Source of the DNA: an uncultured Fibrobacterota bacterium | GTDB lineage: Bacteria > Fibrobacterota > Chitinivibrionia > Chitinivibrionales > FEN-1185 | DNA length: 64,000 nucleotides | Reading direction: 5' to 3' | Assembly: GCA_963753345.1 (NCBI GenBank) | Contig: CAVWBU010000024.1 | Location: 64,001 to 128,000, forward strand | Shown here: positions 1-10,114 of the stretch, in pieces | Layout: the number at the start of each line of letters is the position of its first letter | How positions within the stretch are numbered: the first letter of the stretch is position 1 | Program-made: the position numbers and the translations under genes | Notes under the pieces: model-generated | The model's input: only the letters and a program-made list of their open reading frames with translations | Told to the model about the DNA's origin: nothing | Databases searched by the model: none

Positions 1-174
1 CGCTCAAACCCATGGTATTTGGGGGTGTCAGGTGAAAGGGACGATCATGATTTAGCGGCATGTTCTTTTCGCAAGGCGATTAGCAGCGATGTTTAGGACG
101 TGGGCGCTGCTTTTCTTGAATAATATTTGAGACCTTTCATCCTTGAATTTTCGTTGTGAGAAGCCTTCGGGTAA

Positions 175-996
175 TCAAAGTTTCTTTAGATATTCTTTTT
201 GAGTTTTTGTCACGTAGTAATGTGATTCCCTCCAATCTTCTAGACTTTTATTGCATAGCGAGCCATCAGAGTAAAGCCGTCTTCTTTGGTCTAGGTGTGC
301 GCTACTAAAGCTAGAGGTAAATGCGGAAGCGTATTTGTTCTCCCGACAAAGAATTTCTCTTTGTCGTAGAATTTCTGGAATCGTGTCGCTTGATAAGACA
401 TATTCCAAATAGGCCCATATTTTAGGATTGGCAGGACAAATCTGATTTATCCAATATTCACGGCTATCTTCGCCAAGTTTTGCCTCAAAATCTATATCGC
501 GACAATATCGCCTTAGATTAAAGATGGCTTCATCTAATAAAGCTACGAAATTCAATTCAGGTGTGGTCCAGAAAGCAGAGAAAAAGGACGGGAAAGAAAT
601 TACCCCATATCGATCTACGTGCTGCTCTACAATATCATAAAAAGAGAACTCATGATTTCGATGAGAAAAAATGAGATCGATGTTGATGTTTAAAGTATTC
701 TTGACCTGATCTCTAAGTTTTCCAATGTCGTGAGAATGGTCTTTTATGGAAACATTGTCGTATAGCAATACCGACTTTAGATATTTTTCAAGAGCTTGAG
801 AAATGTGAAACAGTGCTTCCTCTTTTAAGCCCAGTCTTAGTAGATCGCGGCTAATGATGTAGTCGCGGTCTGCTGTTTCGACAAAACAAATCTGAATTTC
901 TTCATTTCTCTTAGCTCGAAAACAATATAGATATTGTGGATCGTCACTTTTATGCGGACATGAATCACAGAATTTACCTTGAACTTCTTGCCACAT
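175..996 (-). CDS. HEPN domain-containing protein
   Basis: ADRDYIISR...FHISQALEKYLK...HSHDIGKL matches the HEPN pattern (QA.EK.LK ... HDL); AT-rich DNA. Confidence 0.7.
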   Translation of the reverse strand: MWQEVQGKFCDSCPHKSDDPQYLYCFRAKRNEEIQICFVETADRDYIISRDLLRLGLKEEALFHISQALEKYLKSVLLYDNVSIKDHSHDIGKLRDQVKNTLNINIDLIFSHRNHEFSFYDIVEQHVDRYGVISFPSFFSAFWTTPELNFVALLDEAIFNLRRYCRDIDFEAKLGEDSREYWINQICPANPKIWAYLEYVLSSDTIPEILRQREILCRENKYASAFTSSFSSAHLDQRRRLYSDGSLCNKSLEDWRESHYYVTKTQKEYLKKL

Positions 997-1098
997 TTAT
1001 TGCCTCATTTTATGGTCGGTCATATCGTGAAAACAAAGAAGGAAGATAACGTAGAATCTTTCGGCGCATTTTCATATTCATGTTTCCCAGAAAGACGG

Positions 1099-1752
1099 TT
1101 ACAGGTCGCTATCGTAAACCGAGTCAAGGAGGCATGTACATCCATCATGTGCCGGATATTTAGGCCCGGTTCCTTTCTTGTACCTTCCTTCATTCTTCTT
1201 GCATATTTTGCAATGCGTGTCGGGATCGCTCAATGTCCATTCCCAGCCTGTTGCGTCTTCATCTTCCATAAGGTCATAGAAGAACTTTTCGCCAATGGCG
1301 GATGCGAACTTTGTATCCCTTTTCGTGGCCAATTCATCTGTCTTCTTACGATATTCCTCCCGCAATATTTCCTTTTGAGCTTTTTTGGATTTCTTTGTTG
1401 CGGGGTCATCTTTTCGGGATAAATTGTATTTTGACAATTCCAAGCATAAATTCTGATAGAGGATTTTCCGTTCGCTCTTAAATTCCAGATCGGAATTTCG
1501 AATTATGTCATTTCGTTCTTTTTCTTTGACTGCTGACCTTACATATTTGTTATCTATGCCATGAGTCAAACACCATTCCAGCTTCTCCGTGTTTAATTTT
1601 CGAGTAAGCCCATCGGAAATATGTAAATCCTCGCTTGTAATTTCCTTTTCATTTGGTTCCTGTGTTTTGGGTTTTAATTCAATACCCGGATCTTCAGGGA
1701 CAATTGCGGAATCAGATTTGAAGATTTTCAAAATACCGTCAACGAGTCCCAT
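1099..1752 (-). CDS. Hypothetical protein with C-terminal phage MuF/minor-head-like Cys/His motif
   Basis: C-terminus WEW..D..C..C...G......PAHDGCTC resembles the MuF P.HxxCRC motif; AT-rich. Confidence 0.5.
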   Translation of the reverse strand: MGLVDGILKIFKSDSAIVPEDPGIELKPKTQEPNEKEITSEDLHISDGLTRKLNTEKLEWCLTHGIDNKYVRSAVKEKERNDIIRNSDLEFKSERKILYQNLCLELSKYNLSRKDDPATKKSKKAQKEILREEYRKKTDELATKRDTKFASAIGEKFFYDLMEDEDATGWEWTLSDPDTHCKICKKNEGRYKKGTGPKYPAHDGCTCLLDSVYDSDL

Positions 1753-2273
1753 TTTATCATGTCCTTTTCGATTAACCCGTTTGGCCGCCCCGCCACGACT
1801 GCGGTCTATTTTTTAGAGTGCGCCATGGTCTTATTAATTCTATTTATATTCTTGGGCGGCGGTTAATAATATCATTGGTTAAAAATAATTGGCTTCAATT
1901 TCACGTTTCCCAGCACAATTCCCACCATTTACGCCCGCCAGAGTGCCGTTTTAAATTGTCTTTTGTCTTGTTATATATTCCTTTTTATTCATCGCCCAGG
2001 ATGGGCGATTTCTCGCCTTGCAAAAGAACAGGTATTATTCAGTAACCGGCATATTCAATATTTCCCTAAACTTCCAAACATATTATGCTGTCTTGCCATA
2101 ATGTCCACCATGTCAACTTCCCTTCGCTTGCCGATCCTGCAACCGCCCATGTCCACCCTTCAGAAACTAGATATTCCCTGTCCTCAAAAGCAAATCCCCC
2201 GTCCTCTTGGTCAAGCAATGTACCGTCCTCCCGAATGAAACAGAAACGCCGCGGCTCTCGGGACCGCGCCAAC

Positions 2274-2310
2274 AAAAAAGGAGGAGTGGTGCCAAACCCG
2301 CTCCTCCTTC
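2274..2310 (-). terminator. Intrinsic terminator of the 2333-4279 gene
   Basis: Minus strand AAGGAGGAGcgg..loop..ccaCTCCTCCTT followed by a T run. Confidence 0.7.
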
Positions 2311-2332
2311 CTTGCCGTCAGGATGCGTTCTC

Positions 2333-4279
2333 TTATTCCGTCAACGCCAGCTTCCTCTGAACGATGTAGGAACCCGCCTGGAATTTAAGGAAGTAGTATC
2401 CTACGGGCAGTTTCGCGCGGTCGAAGTTTACCGAATAGGAACCGGCGCCCTGCACGCCGCTCGCGAAGTGACTGACCAGTTTCCCTCGCATGTCGTAGAG
2501 AGCTATGGAAACGCTCGCGGCGGAGGCGAGATTGTACTTGATCCCCGACTTGGAAACCGACACCATGTTTGAACGAAGGGTCATTTCCTGCTGGAGCACG
2601 CCCGCGCCCGGCGTAAGGAACCAGCCGAGCGTGGTGGTCTGGCCGGCGACAATGGCAACAGCCAAGCCCGTGTCGGCAGCAAAGCCCGGCGCGCTGACCG
2701 AGAACTTGTAATTGCCCGCCGCAAGGCCGCTTAAGGAAGCAACGCCGCTGGCGTTCGTTGTCGCGCTCTGGCTCCCGCCCGAGGTCATCTGAATGGTTGC
2801 CCCGGAAATCGGAGCGCCGGTGGTTGTATTATACACGGTGGCGTTCAGGTTGCCCGTTGGCACCGCGACAGAAGCGTAGTACACCGCGCCGGCAAACTGA
2901 CGGGGAAAAAACGAGGCAGTCGCGCTTGTGAAGTCTGATCCGAGCACGGCCCAGCACTGGGTGTCGAAGGACAGATTTGCGTCCGAGAAAACATACGGGC
3001 CGCCCGCACCGGTCTGATATCCTACGCCTAGGTTGGCGGGCGCGAATATGGCGACGCCCAGCTTCTGCTGGACAGAGAGAACGCCGATTGAGGACAGGTC
3101 AACGGGAATTATCGTATAGCCGGTGCTCGCCATGGTAAGTCCGGTTGCCGTGCCGACTTTTACCCACAGTCCGTCCTGGAAATTGGCGGGGCTTGCGGCG
3201 CGGGGCCACGGCAGACCATTCGGATGGACCCATATTTCAAGGGTCACGCCGGTCGAACCCACAGGGTAGCCCGCCAGGCTGATCTGGCAGAGCTGAACGG
3301 GCTTCAAGGCCGTGATCTCGAACGTGATCCCGTTATAACCGTTGTTCGCGGCAAGGCCGGTCGACAGCATGCCTGAGCATACGAGCGGCGTCAGAAACCA
3401 ACCCACGGTCGTCGTTTGGCCCGAGGCGATGGCGACGGCCAAGCCGGTATCAGCCACAAAGCCGGGCGCAGTGACCTTGAATTTGTAATTGCCGGCCGGA
3501 AGGCCGGTAAAGGATGCAACGCCGCTGGCATTCGTTGTCGTTGTGTCAAGGCTCGCGCCGGAGGTTATCTGAACCGTTGCGCCGGAAATCGGAGCGTTGG
3601 TGCCTGAGTTATAAACAGCGGCGTTGAGGTTGCCGATGTTGATCGGGGCAAGGGTGTACGAAACAGCGCCCGCAAACTGGCGGGGGAAAAACGAGGGGGT
3701 CGCGGTTGTAAACGATGTTCCCTGCAGAGCCCAGCACTGAGTGTCGAAGGACAGATTCGTGTCCGCAATAGTGTACGGGCCGCCCACGCCGGTCTGGTAT
3801 CCCACGCCTACATTGGCGGGCGCGAATATGGCAACGCCCAGCTTCTGCTGGGCGGCGAGTGTGCCGATTGAAGACAGATCAACGGGAATTGCCGTATACC
3901 CGGTGCTCGCCATGGCAAGTCCTGTTGCCGTGCCGACCTTGACCCACAGGCCGTCCTGGAAATTGGCGGGACTTGCGGCGCGGGGCCACGGCAGACCATT
4001 CGGATGGACCCATATTTCAAGGGTTACGCCGGTCGCGCCCGCAGGGTACGCAGCCAGGCTGATCTGGCAGAGTTTAAGGGACTTGAGCGCCGTGATCTCG
4101 AACGTAATCCCGGTTTGACCGTTGTTCGCCGCAAGACCGGTTGACAACGAGTTTGCGCATTGCGCAAAGACAGCGCCGCCGACGGACGAGCTCATCAGAA
4201 CAATCGTGCACGCCGCCGCGGTCAAACAGGCCAGCCGCACCAACGCCCTTTCGGTTTTTCCAAAATAGGCGGAAGACAT
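2333..4279 (-). CDS. Secreted protein: two tandem copies of [beta-rich domain + carboxypeptidase-regulatory-like domain] and a T9SS-like C-terminal domain
   Basis: Signal-like N-terminus; GAPISGATV..TNASG repeats; C-terminus IALYDMRGKLV...LPVGYYFLK; AGGGGG RBS before ATG 4279. Confidence 0.75.
   Translation of the reverse strand: MSSAYFGKTERALVRLACLTAAACTIVLMSSSVGGAVFAQCANSLSTGLAANNGQTGITFEITALKSLKLCQISLAAYPAGATGVTLEIWVHPNGLPWPRAASPANFQDGLWVKVGTATGLAMASTGYTAIPVDLSSIGTLAAQQKLGVAIFAPANVGVGYQTGVGGPYTIADTNLSFDTQCWALQGTSFTTATPSFFPRQFAGAVSYTLAPINIGNLNAAVYNSGTNAPISGATVQITSGASLDTTTTNASGVASFTGLPAGNYKFKVTAPGFVADTGLAVAIASGQTTTVGWFLTPLVCSGMLSTGLAANNGYNGITFEITALKPVQLCQISLAGYPVGSTGVTLEIWVHPNGLPWPRAASPANFQDGLWVKVGTATGLTMASTGYTIIPVDLSSIGVLSVQQKLGVAIFAPANLGVGYQTGAGGPYVFSDANLSFDTQCWAVLGSDFTSATASFFPRQFAGAVYYASVAVPTGNLNATVYNTTTGAPISGATIQMTSGGSQSATTNASGVASLSGLAAGNYKFSVSAPGFAADTGLAVAIVAGQTTTLGWFLTPGAGVLQQEMTLRSNMVSVSKSGIKYNLASAASVSIALYDMRGKLVSHFASGVQGAGSYSVNFDRAKLPVGYYFLKFQAGSYIVQRKLALTE
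2610..4148. repeat. Intragenic tandem duplication, period ~777-780 bp
   Basis: 2610-3368 and 3387-4148 are near-identical in DNA; LEIWVHPNGLPWPRAASPANFQDGLWVKVG occurs twice. Confidence 0.95.
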
Positions 4280-4445
4280 ACACACCCCCTTTTAGGAGAG
4301 AGTTTGGATGATAGGGGAAGAGAATTGGGAAATGCTTGTACGATTATAAAAGACACTACGGGAATTTCACGTGATCGCTTGAACTCTCGGTTTACGTTCA
4401 TGTTGCCGGGCTTCCCCATTGCCTTTCGGGAAAGCAGACATAGTA

Positions 4446-4474
4446 ATTATAGACTCTTCCGCTGCTGCTGTCAA
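4446..4474 (-). promoter_or_regulatory. Consensus sigma70 promoter
   Basis: Minus strand TTGACA-N17-TATAAT exact, ~170 nt upstream of the 4279 start. Confidence 0.8.
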
Positions 4475-4560
4475 CCACAAAACGGCAAGGCTCGCGGCTT
4501 TGGATCGGGCATTTTGGTTTTGGGCGTAATATGATTCCACCGAAAAACGTGCAAGGAATG

Positions 4561-4682
4561 TTCAATCCCACAGCGAGCGGATTCCCCGGAGCTTACTCCG
4601 GGGTTAGCGAGCGACTATAAGTATGTTTTCTTTCCATAGGGATGGAAGATTCCCCGCAGCTTGCTGCGGGGTTCTTCAATCC
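4561..4682 (+). mobile_element. Non-autonomous IS200/IS605-like palindromic element (doublet)
   Basis: Hairpins CCCCGGAG-CTTA-CTCCGGGG and CCCCGCAG-CTTG-CTGCGGGG, ending TTCAA; TTCAATCC at both ends; related copy at 59283. Confidence 0.55.
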
Positions 4683-4754
4683 TGGTTGGCGCTTACTGAG
4701 ATTATTGTCAGCAAATACTTAATGAGGCTGGAACCACTTTACATTTCGTCCCCG

Positions 4755-5246
4755 TCACTTCCCTCTCAGCGCGTCAAGCGCCAGGCCCACGGCGCCATGC
4801 GCGTCGAACGCCTCTTTGTACAGCGACGCGTCGATGGGTTCGATTTTCTGCAGGTTCCAAGCGCCGGGCAGGTACACCACGGGCTTGGCGAGGTTGAGCG
4901 CAAGCCCGATTTCGCTTAAGGTCCCGAATTTTCCGGGGAAAGCGATGAGCACGTCGGAAGCGTTGACGACAAGCGCATTCCGCGCAATGCCCATGCCCGT
5001 CGGGATCACGATACGGACATAAGGGTTTGCCGCGCTCTTGTCTGTTCCCGGAATGATGCCCACCACGGTCCCGTTGTTTTCAAACGCGCCGCGGCTCGCA
5101 GCCTCCATCACGCCGCCGAGCCCTCCGCACACCAGGACCGCGTTGTTGTTGGCAATGTACTTGCCCACTTCGTAGGCCACGCTAAGCGTCGCTTCGGAGG
5201 CCTCTGCGCCGCCGATCACGCCGATGGCGGGATTCGTTCTTGACAT
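4755..5246 (-). CDS. TIGR00725/LOG-family Rossmann-fold protein
   Basis: CGGLGGVMEAASRGA, GMGIARN and GTLSEI motifs. Confidence 0.9.
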   Translation of the reverse strand: MSRTNPAIGVIGGAEASEATLSVAYEVGKYIANNNAVLVCGGLGGVMEAASRGAFENNGTVVGIIPGTDKSAANPYVRIVIPTGMGIARNALVVNASDVLIAFPGKFGTLSEIGLALNLAKPVVYLPGAWNLQKIEPIDASLYKEAFDAHGAVGLALDALRGK

Positions 5247-5249
5247 ACG

Positions 5250-5666
5250 CTATTCCCCTATGATTTTTATAAGGACCCGTTTCTTCCTTCGTCCGTCGAA
5301 CTCGCCGTAGAAGATCTGCTCCCAAGGGCCGAAATCCAGCTTTCCGTTGGTGATTGCGACAATCACCTCGCTTCCCATCACCTGGCGCTTGAGGTGCGCG
5401 TCGCCATTGTCTTCCGCGCCGTTGTGTCGGTAGCGGCTCACGGGTTCGTGCGGGGCGAGCCGCTCGAGCCAGTCGTCGAAGTCCTGGTGCAGACCCGGCT
5501 CGTCGTCATTGACAAACACGCTTGCCGTGATGTGCATGGCGTTTACGAGGCACAGTCCCTCACTAATCCCGCTTTCGGCAAGCGCGGTCTCCACCTGCGG
5601 CGTGATGTTGACAAACTCACGCCGGGTCTTCGTGCAGAACTCGAGGGTTTTTCTGTATGATTTCAT
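5250..5666 (-). CDS. yjbQ: YjbQ/UPF0047 family protein
   Basis: [10 protein letters not shown]...NGDAHLK...[13 protein letters not shown]. Confidence 0.9.
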   Translation of the reverse strand: MKSYRKTLEFCTKTRREFVNITPQVETALAESGISEGLCLVNAMHITASVFVNDDEPGLHQDFDDWLERLAPHEPVSRYRHNGAEDNGDAHLKRQVMGSEVIVAITNGKLDFGPWEQIFYGEFDGRRKKRVLIKIIGE

Positions 5667-5718
5667 ACCGATACATCTATTCTCGCTGCCCCCTCGCGGG
5701 GCTTGGGGGCATTTTTTC

Positions 5719-7062
5719 CTACAACCCTAATTTCGCAAGCCTCTGCTTGAGCTCGCTCCCCTTCTTTTCGTTGCCGGGCTTTGACAGAAGCGCAAACATG
5801 TTCTTCTTGTACGCTTCGACGCCGGGCTGGTCGAACGGATTGACGCGCAGGAGATAGCCGGACAGCGCGATCGCCTTTTCGAAAAAGTAAAACGCCTGAC
5901 CGAGCGTCTCCTCGGTCCGGTCCGCAAGCGTGATGGTGGCGCAGGGCACGTTTCCGTCAAGGTGGGCCAGCAGGGTCCCGCGATACGCCTCGGCGTTGAC
6001 GTCCTCGAAGTTCTTTCCCGCAAGATAATTGAGCTCGTCGCTGTCGTCGCCGAGTTTGGGCAGCGCCACGGACGTGTTGGTGCGGCCGAGCACGACAAAA
6101 GTCTCGAACACGTTGCGCAGGCCCTCCTGCATCCACTGGCCAAGAGAATGAAGGTCGGTGGTATAGTCCACGGAGGCGGGAAAAATACCGGTGAGGTTCT
6201 TCCCCTCGCTCTCGCCCGCAAGCTGCTTGAACCAGTCGCCCAAGTAATGGAGCTGCGGCGCGAACAGGGCCATCACCTCGGTGGTCCTGCCGCGGCGGAA
6301 CAAAATGTTTCTTGCCGCGGCATAGCGGCCCGCGATGTTTTTGTCAAGCGTCGATGCAGAGCAGAACCCCATGGCCTCCTTGGCGCCCGCAAGCAGCTTT
6401 GAAACATCGAGGCCGGCCATGGCGCAGGGGAAAAGGCCCACCGGGGTGAGCACCGAGAAGCGTCCGCCCACGTCCGAAGGAATGTCGAAGGTGGCGTAGT
6501 GTTCCTCGTTCGCAAGCTTGCGCAGCGCGCCTTTCGCCGGATCGGTGGTGGCCACGATGCGGCCCGCCGCGTCCTTCTTTCCATACCGTTTTTCCATCCA
6601 CTGCTTGATTATGCGGAACGCGATGCCCGGCTCGGTTGTGGTGCCGCTCTTGGATATCACGTTCACCGCAACATTCCTGTCCTTGACAAGTTCGAGAAGG
6701 TCGGTGATGTAATCGGAATTTATCTGATGCCCCGCAAAGATCACCCGGGGCTTGCGCAGGTCTTCAAACGACGGCGACACAAACTCGATTGCCGCCCTTG
6801 CGCCGAGGTACGACCCGCCGATGCCGATGCAGATGAGAACGTCGGTTTTCGGCCTGAGCGCGGCCGTCGTGTCGCGGACCTTCTTGACAACTGCCGCATC
6901 TATGGCCGCAGGCAGGTCGAGCCAGCCGAGAAAATCCCTGCCAGGGCCGTTCTTTTTTTCGAGCATGGTCTGCGCGGCCGCAAAGGAGTCGTTGTAGGCC
7001 GCCCATTCGTTCTCCTTTATCCAGTCGCCGAGGCATTTGTCGTCATAACTAATTTTCTGCAT
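5719..7062 (-). CDS. pgi: Glucose-6-phosphate isomerase
   Basis: [41 protein letters not shown]. Confidence 0.97.
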   Translation of the reverse strand: MQKISYDDKCLGDWIKENEWAAYNDSFAAAQTMLEKKNGPGRDFLGWLDLPAAIDAAVVKKVRDTTAALRPKTDVLICIGIGGSYLGARAAIEFVSPSFEDLRKPRVIFAGHQINSDYITDLLELVKDRNVAVNVISKSGTTTEPGIAFRIIKQWMEKRYGKKDAAGRIVATTDPAKGALRKLANEEHYATFDIPSDVGGRFSVLTPVGLFPCAMAGLDVSKLLAGAKEAMGFCSASTLDKNIAGRYAAARNILFRRGRTTEVMALFAPQLHYLGDWFKQLAGESEGKNLTGIFPASVDYTTDLHSLGQWMQEGLRNVFETFVVLGRTNTSVALPKLGDDSDELNYLAGKNFEDVNAEAYRGTLLAHLDGNVPCATITLADRTEETLGQAFYFFEKAIALSGYLLRVNPFDQPGVEAYKKNMFALLSKPGNEKKGSELKQRLAKLGL

Positions 7063-7100
7063 GATTCTATTCCTTTCCTATTTATTAATACCAAAAAGAT

Positions 7101-7519
7101 TGGGCGTTCCCCTCGCTTTCGCTCGGGTCGGTTCTCCTTCCGGTCTCGGCCGTTCGGCCTCGGGCCGCCACGGCCCTATGCCGCGAGTACGCGGCCGGGT
7201 CCGGGCGGCACCCCGCTATGGCGGGACCTCCAGTCGCCCCTAACGCGCGGCAGAGGAATTCTATTAAGTCAACTCCTTCTTCTCGCGCCAATCCAATTGA
7301 CCTCACCCCTATCCCCTCTCCTAATGGAGAGGGGCACGGACATGCTATGGCCCCTTCCAATTTTCGCTCGTGGGTGCCGCCGCAACAATGTATGGTCTTG
7401 CCGCTGCTTTATCAAGGCGGCTACCCAGGAGGGGGTAGCGGAAGACCGGCGCGCGATGGACGATGGGAAATAAATGAAAATAGCGCACCGGGCTGAAGCG
7501 AGGGGGAACCTTCCCCCAC
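7101..7519. repeat. Structured intergenic element, copy 1 (modules B + A)
   Basis: TGGGCGTTCCCC...GGGTCGG...TCCAGTCGCCCCTAACGCGCGGCA...GTGGGTGCC...ACCCAGGAGGGGGTAGCG...AGGGGGA-N4-TCCCCC, shared with other copies. Confidence 0.9.
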
Positions 7520-7544
7520 CAAATATTTATTGGCATATCCTGGT

Positions 7545-8930
7545 TTATAAATAAGTATGAACCGAACTCTTCTCCCGCTCCACAGGTTTCGATATTGTCA
7601 AGACAATCGCCCCGTTCTTGAACAGCGTCACCATGCCGGTGGACTCAGATACGGTGATCGACAGCGCCTTGGTGCAGGCGGTGATGCCCGCTGCAGCCGC
7701 GTGGCGCGAGCCGAACCCGCTCGGCAGCAGCTCCACTTCGGCCTGCGGCCGCAGATAGCTCCCCGCCGACAGCACGATGCCGTCGCCCGTGATGACGAAC
7801 GCGCCGTCGATGCTCGCGAATTCCTTGACCGTTTCGGCGAGCGCCGGGTCGATGATGTTCCGCTCGGCCTCGCTGTAGCCGCGGAACGGATTGATGATGA
7901 GCTGCGTAACGTACTTGTTGACCGTGTTGGTGTCGCCCAGAACGAAGATAGTCCCGAGCGGTTTGCCCTCGCGTCCCTCCACGGCGATCTCGCCCGCGAG
8001 CCCGAGCACGCGTTCGAGAACCTCGGGCATGATGTCGGGCGGCAGCAGCGCCGGCGAATTCGTGAAGAAGAATTCGTATTCGCTCGACACGTCGATCGCC
8101 ACGATGGTGTCGAACTGTCCCGCCTTGGAGTTTCCCGAAATGCAGACCACTTTGTCGCTGTTGTCAATAAGGTTGCGGGACAGGGCGAGCAGCATGCCGA
8201 TCCTCACCTGCCCCGTTCGCGACGCGGGATACGACGGCGCCTGGATGCACGCGGCGATCCTTTTATCGTCGGGGTCGAACCGCGACTTGTTGCTCGTCAC
8301 CACAATCACCTTGCCGCGGTTCTTGAGCACGTCGAGGAAATCGTTGTCGCGGACCGTGTCCGCGAACACCATGAGCGCGGTCGCCTTGATGTCCTTGGCG
8401 AGGTCGACGGCCGCGTTGAGCACGGGCTGCGGGCCCTTCTTCGCGCTTTTCGCCCCCTTGTCCTCGCCCGCGGTTCCGCCCTGCGCCGCTTCGAGTTCCC
8501 CAAAATCAACGGTCGTCGGATCGGTGCGTATCTTCTCCCGCACCAGATCGTTCTTGAAGAACGAGGCGACCTCCGACATGATCTGGAGGTGCTCGGAGCT
8601 GTCGGCCTTCTCGTTGGTGATGACCAGCACCAGAATGTACGCGAGCGCGCCCCGCGCCGCGTCGTACTTGATGCCTGCAGCGCTGCGGCCCACCGCGATG
8701 GCGAAATCGCCCTTGATGTCGGCGCGGAGATGCGGGATGGCGATTCCCTGGCCGATGAACGTCGAAGCGGCCTCTTCGCGCTTGAGGATCTCATCGACGA
8801 ACGCCTTCTGCCGCCGCGAGATCCGGAGCGCCTTGCACAGCTCATGCACCAGCTCGCGAATCGCCTCGACCTTCTCCGTCGACGCGAGATCGACCACTCG
8901 GGGAATCCTGAGGTAATTCTGGAACGACAT
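7545..8930 (-). CDS. PTS EIIA domain fused to DacZ/DisA_N-type diadenylate cyclase
   Basis: N-terminal REE..ST.IG.GIAIPH (EIIA); C-terminal EGREGK, IDGAFV, GSRHAAA, VSESTG (DAC). Confidence 0.88.
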   Translation of the reverse strand: MSFQNYLRIPRVVDLASTEKVEAIRELVHELCKALRISRRQKAFVDEILKREEAASTFIGQGIAIPHLRADIKGDFAIAVGRSAAGIKYDAARGALAYILVLVITNEKADSSEHLQIMSEVASFFKNDLVREKIRTDPTTVDFGELEAAQGGTAGEDKGAKSAKKGPQPVLNAAVDLAKDIKATALMVFADTVRDNDFLDVLKNRGKVIVVTSNKSRFDPDDKRIAACIQAPSYPASRTGQVRIGMLLALSRNLIDNSDKVVCISGNSKAGQFDTIVAIDVSSEYEFFFTNSPALLPPDIMPEVLERVLGLAGEIAVEGREGKPLGTIFVLGDTNTVNKYVTQLIINPFRGYSEAERNIIDPALAETVKEFASIDGAFVITGDGIVLSAGSYLRPQAEVELLPSGFGSRHAAAAGITACTKALSITVSESTGMVTLFKNGAIVLTISKPVEREKSSVHTYL

Positions 8931-8941
8931 ACTGATCCCTC

Positions 8942-10054
8942 CTATTCGGAAACCGCGGACGCGTAGTAGTCTACAATCGGCTGCTTCCTTGTTTTCACCG
9001 CATCGCCCCGCACCGACACGGCCTTGACATACCGCAATTGCTCCAGGCCCTTGGCCACGATCTGCTTCGGCGACAGGGAATCGAGGGTTTTAAGGTTCCG
9101 CTTCTGCGAGCGAAGGCGTGCAAGGACCGGCCCCACCGCCTGCGCCGCGGCCCCCGTGGTCATCGACGGCCGTTCCCTGAGAACGCTTGCCAGCACGTGC
9201 TCGGGAAGCAGCCGGTACAATGACTGCAGCGTGTCGCGCAATTGCGCGCAAACGGCCCGCATGGACGCCTGGTGGCCGGACATCTCGTCGCGGGCCGTCG
9301 CTTTGAAGTTTGCCTTGATGTCAACCATTTCCTTCACGCACAGGGGCGTCCCGAAATCAATGAAGACCTCGCCGCGCTTGATGCCGAGGCGCGTCTCGAG
9401 AATGAATTTCACAAACGCGATGATGTCGGCGCCGAAATAGAACGGTATGCCTACAAGCCTGGAAACAACATTGGACTGTTTCTTCCGCATCTCCTTGCCC
9501 TTGCGGAGCATTTCGAAATACGGCAGCTCGGGGAGGTGCTCATACGAGACCGCGCAGGGGAGCAGCAAAACTTTTTTGTCAGGGTTCCGCGCCTGCGCGA
9601 GGATCGCCGACATGAGGATGCCGCCTTTCATCTCCATGGTGCCGCCGCCGTAGCTCCGCCCGCCCTCCGGAAACACGAGAATCGGCTCGCCGTTCTCCAT
9701 CATGTTCACAACGTCAAGGCACAGCTGCCGCACATAGGATTTGCGGAACGCCATGTCCCTTCGCACGGAAAACGCGCCGAAAGCGCGGAACCGCTTTCCG
9801 AGGAAGGGGAAGCCGGTAAGGTTGTCGCCCGCCGCGATGCGCAGGTAAGGGACGCCGTTGTTATAGAGGAGCCAGCCGAGCAGAAAGTAATCGGTCTGGC
9901 TCCGATGCGTGGCAACGACCATCACCATGGAATCCTTGAGGGACTCCGGCTCATAGCCGTTCCGGTCAATGGTGATCCGCGTGAATGCCCGGCGGAAGAA
10001 CCACTCAAGGCCGTCCGTAATATTGTCAACCGCTTGTTCGTAGGGTTTCTTCAC
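8942..10054 (-). CDS. Glycerolipid acyltransferase (PlsB/PlsC family)
   Basis: HRSQTD, AAGDNL, GAFSVRR, FPEGGRS motifs. Confidence 0.88.
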   Translation of the reverse strand: MKKPYEQAVDNITDGLEWFFRRAFTRITIDRNGYEPESLKDSMVMVVATHRSQTDYFLLGWLLYNNGVPYLRIAAGDNLTGFPFLGKRFRAFGAFSVRRDMAFRKSYVRQLCLDVVNMMENGEPILVFPEGGRSYGGGTMEMKGGILMSAILAQARNPDKKVLLLPCAVSYEHLPELPYFEMLRKGKEMRKKQSNVVSRLVGIPFYFGADIIAFVKFILETRLGIKRGEVFIDFGTPLCVKEMVDIKANFKATARDEMSGHQASMRAVCAQLRDTLQSLYRLLPEHVLASVLRERPSMTTGAAAQAVGPVLARLRSQKRNLKTLDSLSPKQIVAKGLEQLRYVKAVSVRGDAVKTRKQPIVDYYASAVSE

Positions 10055-10114
10055 AGGAGATGGAAAATACCTTGTGAGGGAAAACCTTGCAAAGGCATTC
10101 CGCAGTCGCGGCCG

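Noticed and set aside
2066-2275. 69-aa ORF at the island boundary
   Set aside because: Its start overlaps a terminator, with no RBS or recognisable motif; coding status unsupported
7061-7536. Short ORFs over the structured element, also at 12497-13043, 14461-14966 and 19725-20041
   Set aside because: Frames and lengths are not conserved between copies
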